Shown here one piece after another: positions 13,232-26,274 of a stretch of DNA of 64,000 nt (within the stretch, counting starts at the first letter, position 1; each line of letters opens with the position of its first letter). The position numbers were made by a program, and so were the translations under genes. The notes below the pieces were generated by a model, which had not been told where the DNA came from, did not search any database, and saw nothing but the letters and a program-made list of their open reading frames with translations. The DNA lies in NCBI GenBank assembly GCA_052327205.1, contig CM126211.1, positions 16,678,001 through 16,742,000 of the forward strand, in the 5' to 3' direction. Source of the DNA: Somniosus microcephalus. Lineage: Eukaryota.

Positions 13232-13639
13232 TATATAAATGTAAACGGTATTTCTTTGCCGAGTGACTACTGCCAATGAACTGGAAACTACCAGAAGGTG
13301 CCGGAAGCTGTCATAAATGTTAACGTTAATCAATTGAACTTAAAAATTTTTATTTTCTTTAGTTCGGCCGCAGCGCTCTCTTCCCCCACACCCCCACCCC
13401 CCCCCCCACCACCCCCCCCCGGCCCCACTTTTCTCTCTCGGATCAGTGCGGCAGCGCATAAATGTTAATTCAACTTTTGATTTCGACTTTCTTCTCCTGA
13501 CGCGGCTCAGTTCGGCAGCAGCGATCAAACGTTTTAATTTTTATTTTCTTCAGCTCGGCGGCAGCGATCTCTTTTCCCCAACCCCCACCCCCTCCCCTCC
13601 TTTCACTCTCACCAAACTCTGTGGGAAGTCCGGCGAGAA

Positions 13640-13800
13640 CAGAGGTCGATCGATTTTTGAATATTAAGGGAATCAGGGGATATGGGGAATCGGGCGGGAA
13701 AGCGGAGATGCAGTTGAAGATCAGCCATGATCTCATTGAATGGCGGAGCAGGCTCGAGGGGCCGAATGGCCGACTCCTGCTCCTAATTCTTATGTTCTTA
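13640..13800 (+). mobile_element. CR1 3' tail
   Basis: gatcagccatgatctcattgaatggcggagcaggctcgaggggccgaatggcc...cttatgttctta. Confidence 0.85.
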
Positions 13801-14027
13801 AAAACACGATGGAACTGCGCATGCCCAACTACTTCATCTCGTTGGCAGCATTCCTGTCCTCATTCTCAACAATTGCTAATTCGTGTTTCAAGAATTTAAC
13901 TGGCGCTCAACACTCACTCTCAAGCTCTGTTGAACGACCTCAATGCCCGTGATGTGACAACACATATTCCAGCCTCATGTATATAAAATAAGTAAGGCAC
14001 TATTTAGCAAATCTTTCAACTTGGGTG

Positions 14028-14445
14028 TCAGCCTTGGCTCAGTGGTAGCCCTCTCACCTTTGAGTTCTAAAGGTTGTGGGGTTCAAACCCTACTCAAGAG
14101 GCTGGAGCACATAATCCAGACTAACACTCCCGTGCGGTGCTGAGGTAGCGCTGTGCTGCTGGAGGTGCCGTCCTTCAGATGAGCCATTAACCTGAGGCCC
14201 TGGTCTTCCACCTCAGGTGGACTTAAAAGGTATCTTGCTAATTTTTGAATACAAACAGGGAAGTTTAACCGGTTTCCTGGCTAACATTTATCCTGCAACC
14301 AACATCCCTAAAGAAGTAGATCATCTGGTCATTATCACGTTACTGCTTGTGGGAGCTTGCTGTGCACAAATTGGTTGCCGCGTTTCCTACATTACAATAG
14401 TGGCTACACTTCAAAGTACTTAATTGGCTGTAAAGCGCTATTGGG
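14028..14445 (+). mobile_element. tRNA-derived DeuSINE (SacSINE1-like); its last ~38 bp lie at 16431-16468, beyond an inserted CR1
   Basis: A box tggctcagtgg, B box gttcaaacc, Deu-domain ggaggtgccgtccttcagatgag; tail resumes as gtcgtgaaaggcattatataaatgc at 16431. Confidence 0.8.
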
Positions 14446-16430
14446 ATAGAATCATAGAATCATAGAAAGTTACAGCACGGAAGGAGGCCATTTCGGCCCA
14501 TCGTGTCCGCGCCGGCCAACAAAGAGCTATCCAGCCTAATCCCACTTCCCAGCTCTTGGTCCGTAGCCCTGCAGGTTAGAGCATCCCAAGTGCACATCCA
14601 AGTACTTTTTAAATGTGGTTAGGGTTCCTGCCTCTACCACCCTTTCAGGCAGTGAGTTCCAGACCCCCACAACCCTCTGGGTGAAGACATTTCCCCTCAA
14701 ATCCCCTCTAAACCTTCCCCCAATTACTTTAAATCTGTGCCCCCTGGTTTTTGACCCCTCTGCTAAGGGAAATAGGTCCTTTCTATCCACTTTATCTAGG
14801 CCCCTCATAATTTTATACACCTCAATAAGGTCCCCCCTCAGCCTCCTCTGTTCCAAGGAAAACAGACCCAGCCTATCCAGTCTTTCCTCATAGCTAAGAT
14901 TCTCTACTCCCGGCAACATCCTTGTAAATCTCCTCTGTACCCTCTCTAGTGCAATCACATCTTTCCTGTAATGTGGTGACCAGAACTGCACGCAGTACTC
15001 TAGCTGAGGCCTAACTAGTGTTTTATACAGTTGAAGCATAACCCCCCCTGCTCTTGTATTCTATGCCATGGCTAATAAGGGCAAGCATTCTGTATGCCTT
15101 CTTAACCACCTTATCTACCTGGCCTGCTACCTTCAGGGATCTGTGGACATACACTCCAAGGTCCCTTTGTTCCTCTACGCTACTCAGTGTCTTACCATTT
15201 AATGTGTATTCCCTTTCCTTGTTAGCCCTCCCCAAATGCATTATCTCACACTTCTCCGGATTGAATTCCATTAGCCACTGTTCTGCCCACCTGACCAATT
15301 TATTGATATCTTCCTGCAGTCTACAGCTTCCTTCTTCAGTATCAACCACACAGCCGATTTTAGTATCAGCTGCAAACTTCTTAATTATACCCCCTATATT
15401 CAAGTCTAGATCATTGATATATACCACAAAAAGCAAGGGACCTAGTACTGAGCCCTGCGGAACCCCACTGGAAACAGCCTTCCAGTCACAAAAACACCCA
15501 TCGACCATTACCCTCTGCTTCCTGCCTCCGAGCCAGTTTTGAATCCAACTTGACACTTTGCCCTGGATCCCATGGGCTTTTAACTTCGTGACAGTCTGCC
15601 ATGTGGAACCTTATCAAAAGCCTTGCTAAAGTCCATATACACTACATCAAACACACTACCCACATCTACTCTCCTTGTCACCTCCTCAAAAAATTCAATC
15701 TAGTTAGTCAGACACGACCTTCCCTTAGCAAATCCATGCTGACTATCCTTGATTAATCCGTTTCTTTCTAAATGAAGATTTATCCTGTCCTTCAGAATTC
15801 CTTCCAATAATTTTCCCACCACCGAGGTTAGTCTGACTGGCCTGTAATTACTCGGTCTATCCTATTCTCCCTTTTTAAACAAGGGTACCACTTCAGCAGT
15901 CCTCCAGTCCTCCAGCACCACACCTGAAGCCAGACAGGATTGGAAAATGATGGTCAGGGCCTCTGCTATTTCCTCTTTTGCTTCGCTTAACAGCCTGGGA
16001 TACATTTCATCCGGGCCTGGGGATTTATCCACTTTTAAAGCTGCTAAACCCCTTAATACTTCCTCTCTCACTATGTTTATTTCATTTAATATTTCACACT
16101 CCTCCCCCCTGATGGCAATCTCTGCTTCACCCCTCTCCTTTGTGAAAACAGACGCAAAGTATTCATTAAGAACCCTACCGACGTCTCCCGCCTCCACACA
16201 CAGATACCCCCATGATCTCTATTAGGCCCTGCCCATTCTTTAGTTATCCTCTTACTCTTTGGGTTTTCCTTGATTTTACTTGCCAAGAATTTTTCATGCT
16301 CTCTCTTTGCTTTCCTAATATCCTTTTTAATTGCACCCCTGCACTTTCGGTACTCCTCTAAATATTCTGCAGTATTTAGCCCTCGGTATCAGTCATACGC
16401 CTCCCTTTTTTTCTTTATCTTACCCTGTAT
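14446..16430 (-). mobile_element. ~2-kb 5'-truncated CR1 LINE (RT domain, frameshifted)
   Basis: Minus ORFs contain KSPGPDEMYPRLL, SGVPQGSVLGPLLFVVYINDLD, KFAADTK (FADD variant) and LVRPQLEYCVQFWSP; (ATTCTATG)n tail. Confidence 0.95.
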
Positions 16431-16604
16431 GTCGTGAAAGGCATTATATAAATGCATTTCCTTCTTTCTAACTGTCAATTCACTTTTGGGAAAGGCAACC
16501 TTATTATTGCCTCACGTACTCCACGATATCGACAGCTCAAATGCCACAGTTAGCTATATTACCTTTTGACATATATCTTGCCATTTCCCACCATGCAAGC
16601 ACAT

Positions 16605-16943
16605 TTAAGAAAGAAGTACTTGGATTTATATAGCAGCTTTCATGACCACTGGACATCCCAAAGCGCTTTACAGCCAATGAAGTACTGTTTTTTTTAAGTG
16701 TAGTGACTGTTGTAATGTAGAAACACAGCAGCTAATGTGTGCACAGCAAGCTCCCACAAACAGCAATATGACAATGACCAGATATTCTGTTTCAGTGATG
16801 TTGATTGAGGGATAAATATTGGCCAGGACACCGGGGATAGCTCCCCTGCTCTTCTTCAAAATAGTGCCATGGGATCTTTTATGTCCACCTGAGAGGGCAG
16901 ATGAGGCCTCGGTTTAACGTCTCATCCGAAAGACGGCACCTCC
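16605..16943 (-). mobile_element. DeuSINE, 5'-truncated
   Basis: Reverse complement of the Deu domain and tail seen at 44711-45180. Confidence 0.85.
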
Positions 16944-19900
16944 GCTTTAGCAAGCCCAGCTGCAGAAAGGTAGCGAAAACAAAACTTGACTTGCATTTAA
17001 ATCAACTGCTCCAGAACTACCAAGTAACAGAAAGTGAGTTTCAGGTTACAGATCGAATTCTAGAGTTTTGCAGACACTCCTGAGCCACAAAAGCAAAACT
17101 AAAGCAACTAATAAGATCCGCGGTCACCCATGACTCAATAAGGTTTGCACCACACTGCTGGTTGTCTGCTCCAGAATCAGCCATGATCTAACTGAACGGG
17201 GGGAGCAGGCTCGAGGGGCTGAACGGCCGGCTCCTGTTCCTATGTTCCTTCCGATGCAGTTTTGTTTCTCTTCCAAACATGGACGAGCACACGTTAAAAG
17301 ATCTCACGGCCATACGATAATCTGACAGGGCCCATTGGTTTCTAATGGACACGTGCCACATTGTCTCTGTTACAGTGTTCTTTTCTAGACATCAGCATCA
17401 TGCCGCCAGCATTCTCTCCTGCTCGTGTTAACAAAACGACCTTATTGCTTTGGAGAACAGAGATATCCACAGAAAGCACTTTTTCTAACAACAGAAATAC
17501 GGCTGCAAAATCTCACCCTGACACAGTCTGAGGCAGTGAAAAACTAATATTATCACATATTACAAAAACAAAGATAAAATCTGGCTGGGTGGGAGGCCAT
17601 AACAAGAGGACTGATTGGATCAGTAAACATATAGCATTCTACAGTCCTTGGTGATTACTAACTGTATGATGGTGCACAATAGGACCAGAGATCCAATAAA
17701 GTGATTACCGGGCCTGTCCAGCAATATTGACTATCGGTGCCAAGAGAGGATAATGTGAATTAAACCACTGGAGGGAAACCTTCCACATCGGGTTATTGAG
17801 GGACTCTCTGATTGTCAACAAATTGTACTGTAATGAGAAACTCATCATCGCACAGCAACAGTCAACCTATTTCAGATCCCTCTGCTATTTTAGTAATTGA
17901 CCATTTATCAGTTTGGCTGGAGTTTCGTTCTCACTCAATAACACTGTTTATCTCAAACTTCTGTCACTGGTGTCCACAAAGCCATTTATCATGCTTCTCA
18001 AGGTCGAATGTAACTACTGCATGAGAGCATTCTTGTTGACTGATTGGCTGTGTGGCGCCTGTGTCTGTCTGGGACTGCTTAAAGTCGAGATAATTTGACA
18101 GAGCAATAAATGGCTCGAGGAGAATTCTGGGACTGAGTTAACACAATTCATTAATTTAATGCGTTCATTAGACTTTGAAGGAATTTTTCTCCAATATCAG
18201 CTCGCGCTAATATTTCAGGGCTTCTACAGTTCCATTTTTTTTTAATCGGTGCGTTTACACATCGGGATAAGAAATGCCTCGTGTCTTTTTTTTTTGTAAA
18301 TGGTCTGCAGCATCCTTTTTATTGTACCAACTGATACTGCAGCAACAGAAGGGTTGTGTGGTGTGAAAAGGAGGAAGTAGATGGATGGAATGCCTTAAAA
18401 CTCAAACAGATCAATTCTCGCAAGCTTCGACCAATCTCAGCCTTTCTCCTCCCAATCACTGCCTGATAGCCTTGTCCAATGTAATGGTTTTTTTTTTATG
18501 TGTAGTTGTGTTTCGAGCTGACAGTCAATTTGCAGTGTCCCCTCCCCGCCCCCTTTCCAGTCACCAGTCCGGATTGACAAGCCGATCTGGAGAAAAATAG
18601 GAACTGCACACTGCGCTGTGCGTCTCCTCGACCAAAGGGATTTGTTACTGTCTCTACGCAGATTCTGCGGTGTAATCGCAACCTTTAAACCTCTAATATT
18701 ACCTTTCTCTTGCTCCACTGTCCTGGAGTCATCGGATACCTGGCACCAGAATGCATCCGCTGCAGATTAATAATTCATTCCTATTCAGCATCCTGAGTGT
18801 TCAAAGGGGATTTCCAGGCATTGTCCCAATTTACATGCTTGATGATATGCACATTCTAGTTACATCATGAGCATTTGAAATGGCAAACCTAACAGCAAAT
18901 CCCTGCACTGGCCGTCGATCCTACCTATTAATGAAACACTGCTGAGGTTCCCCCTCATTCTTTTGGCTGAATGATTCTGCTCTTGCTGGCCCTGATTTTT
19001 TTTCCAGTTGTTTATCACACCACAAACTGGCTTCTACCCTCCGTGAGAGTAGAGCTGTCATTGCTATTTTCTCTTCAGGGCACACACACACACACACACA
19101 CGTACTCTCTCCCCTGCTGTCGGAGTGAAAAGCAAAGGTGCATCGCTTTGATAAGGCTACACCTAAATCATGTGCGGATTCTCTAAGCAGCTAATTAGAC
19201 GCTTCTGGGCCACTGCAAGGCAAGCTGCTGTCCATCAAATTTGCTGGCCTAGTTGGCATTATCCATCTGCGTTGTGTTTTTTTTCCCTACGGTTTTTTGC
19301 CAGAAATTATATGACTTTATCAGTAGTCTATTTTTTTATTTTAACTTTTTCTTGTCTGAGTGTGTGTATCACTGTCTGCAGCGGCATGCTGAGTAGTTAA
19401 CCTATGGAAAAATGGGGCAATGGGTTGATAATTGTTATGAAGATATCGGTGAAAATAATCTATGGGTTCAGGGCGTGTCTTTATTAATGGCGAGTCATGA
19501 TTCTCTTGACCACTCCCAATACATCCCAATGTCGTTCCTGCGGGATTACCCTGAGTGCACTTAATGCATTCAACAAAGTGGCATTCTCGTTCAGGAGTTG
19601 TGAACTACCCAAATCTCCTCATCATATAACAAGCACACTACAGAAGTAAATCAACTTTCGGCAACTGTTTCCCCAATGAGGCATCTGCGGCAGAAGCTGC
19701 TGAACTGCCTCTAGCTGTTTACGAAGGCGCAGACTTAGGAACAAGAGGTTCCAACTCTCTACAGCTGTTTACCGTGTAAGAGAGGTGCAAACAGGAGTTT
19801 GTGAAGTGCCTACAGTTGTTTACCGTAGATAGCTTTTTTCCATAGAAAGAACACACAACAGAAGCCTCAGGACAAACTACATCTGCTTACAACAGAACAA

Positions 19901-20037
19901 CGTTGCAAGGGCACAGAGTATATTGGGATTTTTGCTAAGGCCGGTATACTAACGTCATCTATTTTGAAACATTTGCTCTTTGCCCCTCTCTCACCCCACC
20001 GCCCCACCAAAAAAAAATCCATTATGACATCTCCATT

Positions 20038-20418
20038 TGTCAACTGTGGCTCAGTTGGTCGCATCCTTGTCTCTGAGTCAGGAGGTTGTGGGTTCACAGT
20101 CCCCACTCCAGAGACTTGAACACAAAAATCTAGGCTGACACTCCAGTGCAGTGCTGAGGGAGTGCTGCACTGTTGGAGGTGCCGTCTTTCGGATGAGACA
20201 TTAAACTGAGGCCCCGTCTGCTCTCTCAGGTGGACGTAAAAGATCCCGTGGCCACTATTTCGAAGAAGAGCAGAGGAAGTTATCCCCGGTGTCCTGGGGC
20301 CAATATTTATCCCTCAATCAACATAATTAAAAAACAGATTATCTGGTCATTATCACATTGCTGTTTGTGGGAGCTTGCTGTGCGCAAGTTAGCTGTTGCA
20401 TTTCCTACATTACAACAA
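20038..20418 (+). mobile_element. DeuSINE (SacSINE1-like), 3'-truncated
   Basis: tggctcagttgg A box; gccgtctttcggatgagacattaaactgaggcccc Deu core. Confidence 0.87.
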
Positions 20419-20639
20419 CCATCACCAAAAATGCTTCATGACCACCTGAGAGAAAAGACATTTATATTGGGCTGACAGAAATAATGTTGGTTCTCTCCAT
20501 CAGAAGTCTCCACCATTAAACTCAGGCCCCATCTGCCTGGACCAGCTGTTGAGATGGATGTTAAAGCTCCCATGGTGCTGCTTGAGAAAGAGCAGAGAGC
20601 TCTTCCAGTGCCCTGGCCAACATTCCGAGGATCTCATGG

Positions 20640-21202
20640 CCGGGGCCTTTGTTACCTCTGGACTTGACTATTCCAACGCTCTCCTGGCCGGCCTCCCACT
20701 TTCCACCCTCCGTAACCTTGAGGTCATCCAAAACTCTGCTGCCCGTGTCCCAACTCGCACCAAATCCTGTTCACCCATCGCCTCTGTGCTCGCTGACCTA
20801 CATTGGCTCCCGGTTAAGCAGCGCCTCAATTTTAAAATTCTCATCCTTGTTTTCAAATCCCTCCATGGCCTCGCCCCCTCCCTATCTCTGTAATCTCCTC
20901 CAGCCTCGCAACCCCTCGAGATATCTGCGCTCCTCTAATTCTGCCCTCTTGTGCCCACCCGATTGTCATCGCTCCACCATTGTGCCTTCAGCAGCCTAGG
21001 CCCGAAGCTCAGCAAATCCCTCCCTAAACCACACCAACTCTCTACCTCTCTTCCCTCCTTTAAGACTCTCCTTAAAACCTACCTGCCCTAATATCTCCTT
21101 ATGTGGCTTGGTGTCAAATTTTGTTTGATAATCGCTCCTGCGAAGCGCCTTGGGCAATTTACTATGTTAAAGGCACTATATGAATGCAAGTTGTTGTTGT
21201 TG
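20640..21202 (+). mobile_element. L2-clade LINE 3' end
   Basis: AFVTSGLDYSNALLAGLP...IQNSAARV...LHWLPVKQRLNFKIL; tail aaatgcaag(ttg)n-like. Confidence 0.9.
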
Positions 21203-21254
21203 GGGGGAGGAGTCCAAGGCAGTAGAAGTACTTCTGCTCGTCCAGGCGGTGCAA

Positions 21255-21749
21255 TGAAGGTTCACTAGATTGATTCCTGGGGTGAGAGGGCTGTCCTATG
21301 AGGAGAGATTGTGTAGAATGGGCCTCTACTCGCTGGAGTTTAGAAGAATGAGAGGTGATCTCATTGAAACATACAAGATTCTGAGGGGGATTGACAGGGC
21401 AGATGCTGAGAGGTTGTTTCCCCCTGGCTGGAGAGTCTAGAACCAGGGGGCATAGTCCCAGGATAAGGGGTCAGCCATTTAAGACTGAGATGAGGGGGAA
21501 TTTCTTCACTCAGAGGGTTGTGAATCTTTGGAATTCTCTGCCCCAGAGGGCTGTGGATGCTGAGTTATTGAGTATATTCAAGGCTGAGATCGATAGATTT
21601 TTGGACTCTAGGGGAATCAAGGGATATGGGGATCGGGCGGGAAAGTGGAGTTGAGGTCGATGATCCGCCATGATCTTATTGAATGGCGGAGCAGGCTCGA
21701 GGGGAAGTATGGCCTACTCCTGCTCCTATTTCTTATGTTCTTATGTTCT
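21255..21749 (+). mobile_element. CR1 LINE 3' end
   Basis: FPLAGESRTRGHS...FFTQRVVNLWNSLP; (cttatgtt)n tail. Confidence 0.92.
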
Positions 21750-22704
21750 CACTTGGGCCTTAATTTTTTTTTTTACCTTAGTGGGGCTCGCTGGCTTCCC
21801 AGGTTAACCTGGCCGGGTTGTGGTGGCTGGTGAGCAGCTCAGGAGCTGCTTCAGATTCCACCGGGGTCCCGTGTACTTTGCGGGAGCCTGACTTGCATTT
21901 ACTAATGAAGCTCCCGCCCGAGTCATGCGGGAGAATCAGGCGGTGCCAAAGCCAACGGTGTGGGAACCGCAGATCGGCGAGAACGGGGCGGAATATGGAG
22001 TCAATCAGGGCGAGTTAAAATCGCCCCTCAAAAGCTCCTCTGGACTGATGACTCATTATTACCCAGTACAAAGTCCAAGAGCTCATAAACTAAGAATTCT
22101 AGCCCAGTAACTTACAAATAAAAGGAACTACTGCAGAGAGATTTTGCATTGACACTGAGAGTTAAATAGGCACCATGTTATTCAGAGGCTCACCCTTGTT
22201 AAACCAGCTGCTTTTCTGATTTTATAAGAAAATCGCAGGGTACCGATGGTAAACTTAATATCACACCCAAGCCTCTTTTTACCAGTGACAATGATCAACA
22301 GTGAGATGGATTTGGAAAACCATTTCAAGACATGGAACTGTTTCTATTTGTAACAGTGACATCCATTAAAATAGGTCAATTTTTAAAAAAAGCAAAATTG
22401 AAACATCCCCTTATAATGAGAGATGCTAGCAGATGAGCTGCTGGAAGACACTTACTATTTCACTAGATACTACACCTACATTCCTTCAACTGAATGAATA
22501 TACACAAATAAGTAAATCTGTTTTCTGATAGTTCAGTGTCACGAAGATTTCAATAAATTAATATAAAGTGGATAATCGCGTATTAGTGCGCATGACATTA
22601 CTTCATGTGGAGTTGCATTTGTGACTGAAGTCGTAATGCTTTGTGAAAATGAAAGCCTGCTGTGTACGTCTGAGATTGGGCAGACTCGAATACTACTTCA
22701 GTGT

Positions 22705-23085
22705 TAACCTGGCTCAGTGTTAGCATTCTTGCCTCTGAGCCACCAGGCTGTGGGTTTGTGCAATACTGAGGGAGTGCTGCGTTGTCAGAGGTGCCATTGT
22801 TCAGGGAGACATTAAACTAAGGCCCCATTTTTCCTCTTCCAGATGAATAGACCCCCTGTCGCCATGCAAGGAGGAGCTGGGAGTTTCCCTGGTGCCCTGG
22901 CAAGCATGGATCCTTCAGTTAACAGACTGAGTGGTCAGTTATCGCTTTGCTGTTTGTGGGACCTTGTTGGGTGCACATTGGTTACATAAAAACGGTAACT
23001 ACACTTCAAAAGTAATTCATTGTGAGATGCTTTGGGGCATCTTGAGGATCTGAAAGGTGCTATAATAAATGCAGGTTCTTTCTTT
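22705..23085 (+). mobile_element. Degenerate DeuSINE
   Basis: tggctcagtg head, actgagggagtgctgc, tail aaggtgctataataaatgcagg. Confidence 0.7.
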
Positions 23086-23584
23086 CTGATCATCCAGGAT
23101 GCTATTTATATTTATTGGCCTCCAAACTGCAAATCTGGTACCTGCTTTCCACCACAATCTGTACTCTGCAAATTTTGAAAAAATGCTAAAGAAAATATAT
23201 TTCAAATTTTCATTGCGACTTCATTAACAATCCAGCACAAGAATGCTAATTTAGATATTGCAAGGCCTGTCATTAGTTCAATGCTTCACTTAGTCAAACA
23301 CTCGTAGGGCTCATCACTTAGCTAAGTGAGCATGCCATTTACAGCTAATTTAGCTAACTCCACTTCTTCAGAATCTCGAGCTCCAATAGAATCGCGTATG
23401 AATTATGTCATATGCTGCGTGTAGAGACAAGACCGTCTGTGAATAATTTGCTGCAGTACGGTTTGGTTTCCTGTTATTGCCTTTATATCTGGCTGCAGAC
23501 CATTTCCCTCATAATATTAGTTTCCCCCCCCCCATCATGAGACGGAAGTCGCTAAATATTACTCAGTCAGACCATAGAGCCAAA

Positions 23585-24267
23585 GGGGGAAAAATTCAGT
23601 TGTTTGCGCCTCCCGTTAGCGCCTTAAGAGGGCGCTAATGGGGCGCAAAGCAACTATCGCCCGGGCGCGGCGATGTTTGCGTCGCTCGCGAAATTAACTA
23701 GACATTTTGCGGTGGCGCTAAACACTACCGCCACGATCTCTTGCGGCGGCAGATCGTGACGTCAGTCGAGTGGGCAACGCCCCGGTAGTGCCCTGGACCG
23801 GATATTGAGTGGCGCGCCCTGCCTTGCTGCCTGCCGCTAGCAACGACAGGTTGAGGGGAGCATTTTGCAGTCAGAAAGGGACTGGGGGAGCGCTATTTAA
23901 AGGTGACCGCTTCCTGCCTTTTTTTGTTGGTGACATTTTTGCACCACGCATTCTGAGAGAGAGAGAGAGAGAGAGAGACTTCTGGAGAGATTCAACGCTG
24001 TGTGAAGGAGTTTTGAGTACTGAGCAGCACTTTGCAGGTTTATTTTGATTTGCCCTTCCTTGCTTCGCCAGCGCTCTGAGGTAGCGCCTCGTTCCTCGGC
24101 CTTTGCGCCTTAAGACAGGTGTGAAGCGCCTGATTTAGCGCTCCAATCACCTCCAGGGGCAATAAAAGCCAAGTTTGCCGTCAGAGGCGATAATTAGCGC
24201 CAGGCGCTAAACTTTGCGCACGGCCGATAATGGCGCCCCAAAAGGGGCGATACTGAATTTTTCCCCC
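23585..24267. mobile_element. Harbinger-type MITE (family B related)
   Basis: Perfect 16-bp TIR gggggaaaaattcagt/actgaatttttccccc; flanks aaa/ata; repeated gcgcta/tagcgc motifs. Confidence 0.8.
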
Positions 24268-24469
24268 ATAGAGCCATAGACCATGTTTGAATGATGACAG
24301 CAGACAGGCTCAGAGAGGCCCGCAGTGTCCACTGCAGCAAGTTCTGTCATTAATATTGCTTATGATGTCACAACATAAGAGGGCTATGGGAGGGAGGGGT
24401 TCCAGTCCATGGGACACTGGCACCAGGACTGGGACACGAAGGAGCTGCTTACAGCTGAAAAGACAAGAC

Positions 24470-24840
24470 AAATAAGAGACCTGATAGAGGTTTTTAAAAT
24501 TAGGAAGGCGTTCAACAGGGTAGATGTGGAGAAACTGTTGCTACACGCTGGTGATTCCAGAATAAGGGAGCATCAATATAAAATAGCCACTAACAGATCA
24601 AATAAATAATTTAGGAGGAATTTATATACACCGAAGGAGAGAGGTGAGGATGTGGAACTCGTTACCACATAAAGTTATAGAAGCAGATGCATTCAAGGGG
24701 AGGCTGGATGCATCCATGAGGGATAGGGGAATAGAGGAATATGGTGGGGCTGAGTGGTAGGAGTCTTCTGTGGTATATACACACCAACATGGACCAGCTG
24801 GGCTGAATGGCCTGTTTCTATGCTGTAGATTCTATGTAAT
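24470..24840 (+). mobile_element. Degenerate CR1 3' end
   Basis: IRDLIEVFKI peptide; gggctgaatggcctgtttctatgctg tail. Confidence 0.75.
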
Positions 24841-24959
24841 CAAATTGCCTGAAGCTGAAGACTGTTTCAAACAGTGTTGAATGAGAATGAGTTACTTTTT
24901 TCCAAAATTAAATTAAGTTCTAAACAAATAATGATTATCACACTGCATTGGAACACCAT

Positions 24960-25795
24960 GGGCTGGATTTTCATTGAGGAGGTGGGTAGGAGGCGGGACT
25001 ACAACTTTCGGGGTTGTAGTCCCACCTCCATCGAGTTGTAGCCAACCCACGCGATTTAAACTTGATTGACCTTGTTGAGCCAGCCCAGCGGGCTCAGCAG
25101 GCCAATTAAGGGCCACCCGGCAACAGGTGACATCACAGATTTATATTTCATCTGTCAAGACCTTTTGACAGATGAAATATTAGCGTTTGACAGCTGTTTG
25201 AAGCTGCCAAACACTGACAATCTGTACTCTAAGTTAATTCCTTCCTCTCAGGATGATTTAGAGATCTCTCCGGAACAGAAAGCTGAATGATGCAATTTTT
25301 GACAGATCGCGGCCATTTTGCTTTCTGTGCCGGTGAGATGAGGGACTCCCGAGTCCTGAAGGAAGGAAGACTGTAAAGGTAAGTAAAATTTCTTTAAACA
25401 CTTTAAACACATCAAACACACTTACCTCTGCACTCATGCACCCATCACTCACCTGAACACCGGACATCTCGACCCCTCCAAGCCCTTCAGTCCGACGGCC
25501 CGCCTCGCTAACCTGGCGTGGCTTGGAGCCGTCGGGAATCCCACACTTCAAGAATGAAAATAGGGATTAAGCTAAAAACTGCCTGTTAACTACCTGTTAA
25601 CAGGCAGTTAATTGGCACTAATCCCCTTCCCGCCTCGGGGAGGTGGGTCCCAGTGCGGGTCGGGTACCCGCCTCCTTTGAAACTGGCATGGAGGCGGGTT
25701 GGGGGCGGGATGGGTTCGTGCCCCCCCTGATTTCGGGATTTTAACCCCCCACACGCCTCCAACCCCACCTCCACGGCCCAATGAAAATCCTGCCC
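24960..25795 (+). mobile_element. Harbinger-type MITE (family A, palindrome-rich)
   Basis: 17-bp TIR with one mismatch (gggctggattttcattg / caatgaaaatcctgccc), CAT TSD; three more copies in the window. Confidence 0.88.
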
Positions 25796-26006
25796 CATGC
25801 GCGCTACAACAGAAGATCTGGATTTTTATTACTTTTTCAAAAACGTGTTCTCCAGACATCTTTTAATACTACTGAAATTAATTGCAGCCCCCCCTCCCCC
25901 TTTCCCAAGGAAGAAAATGACAATTGTTTTCAAGAAAACTTGCATTTATATAGCACCTTTCACATCCTTGGGACACCCCAAAGTGCTTCGCAGCCAATGA
26001 ATTACC

Positions 26007-26263
26007 TGTTGTGTATGTAATATGTGTGCTACTTTGAACCTATGGACAGGACTGCACTACTTGTAGGGCGTAGTGATACGCAGTACCACTCCTGGCCATA
26101 GGGGTATAAATAGTTCTGTGGGTACTGATCTCCCCTCAGTTCCCGCCTGTGGGCATGAAGTAAAGACCTACGTATAGTCCCTACCTCCAACCAGTAAAGA
26201 CCTGTTTGAGTTATACGTTTAAGTCTTTGTGTTAATTGTTCAATACAATACACATACTTAACA
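26007..26263 (+). repeat. 5' LTR
   Basis: Differs from the 3' LTR by 3 substitutions and 1 indel (manual alignment); TATAAATA at 26105. Confidence 0.96.
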
Positions 26264-26264
26264 C

Positions 26265-26274
26265 TGGCGACGAG
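26265..26274 (+). promoter_or_regulatory. Primer-binding site TGGCGACGAG, complementary to the 3' end of tRNA-Ser(GCU)
   Basis: Lies 1 nt after the 5' LTR; complement of ...CTCGTCGCCA-3' (tRNA assignment from memory). Confidence 0.8.

Noticed and set aside
14615-16225. Plus-strand ORFs of 92-162 aa
   Set aside because: They are antisense shadows of the CR1 RT frame.
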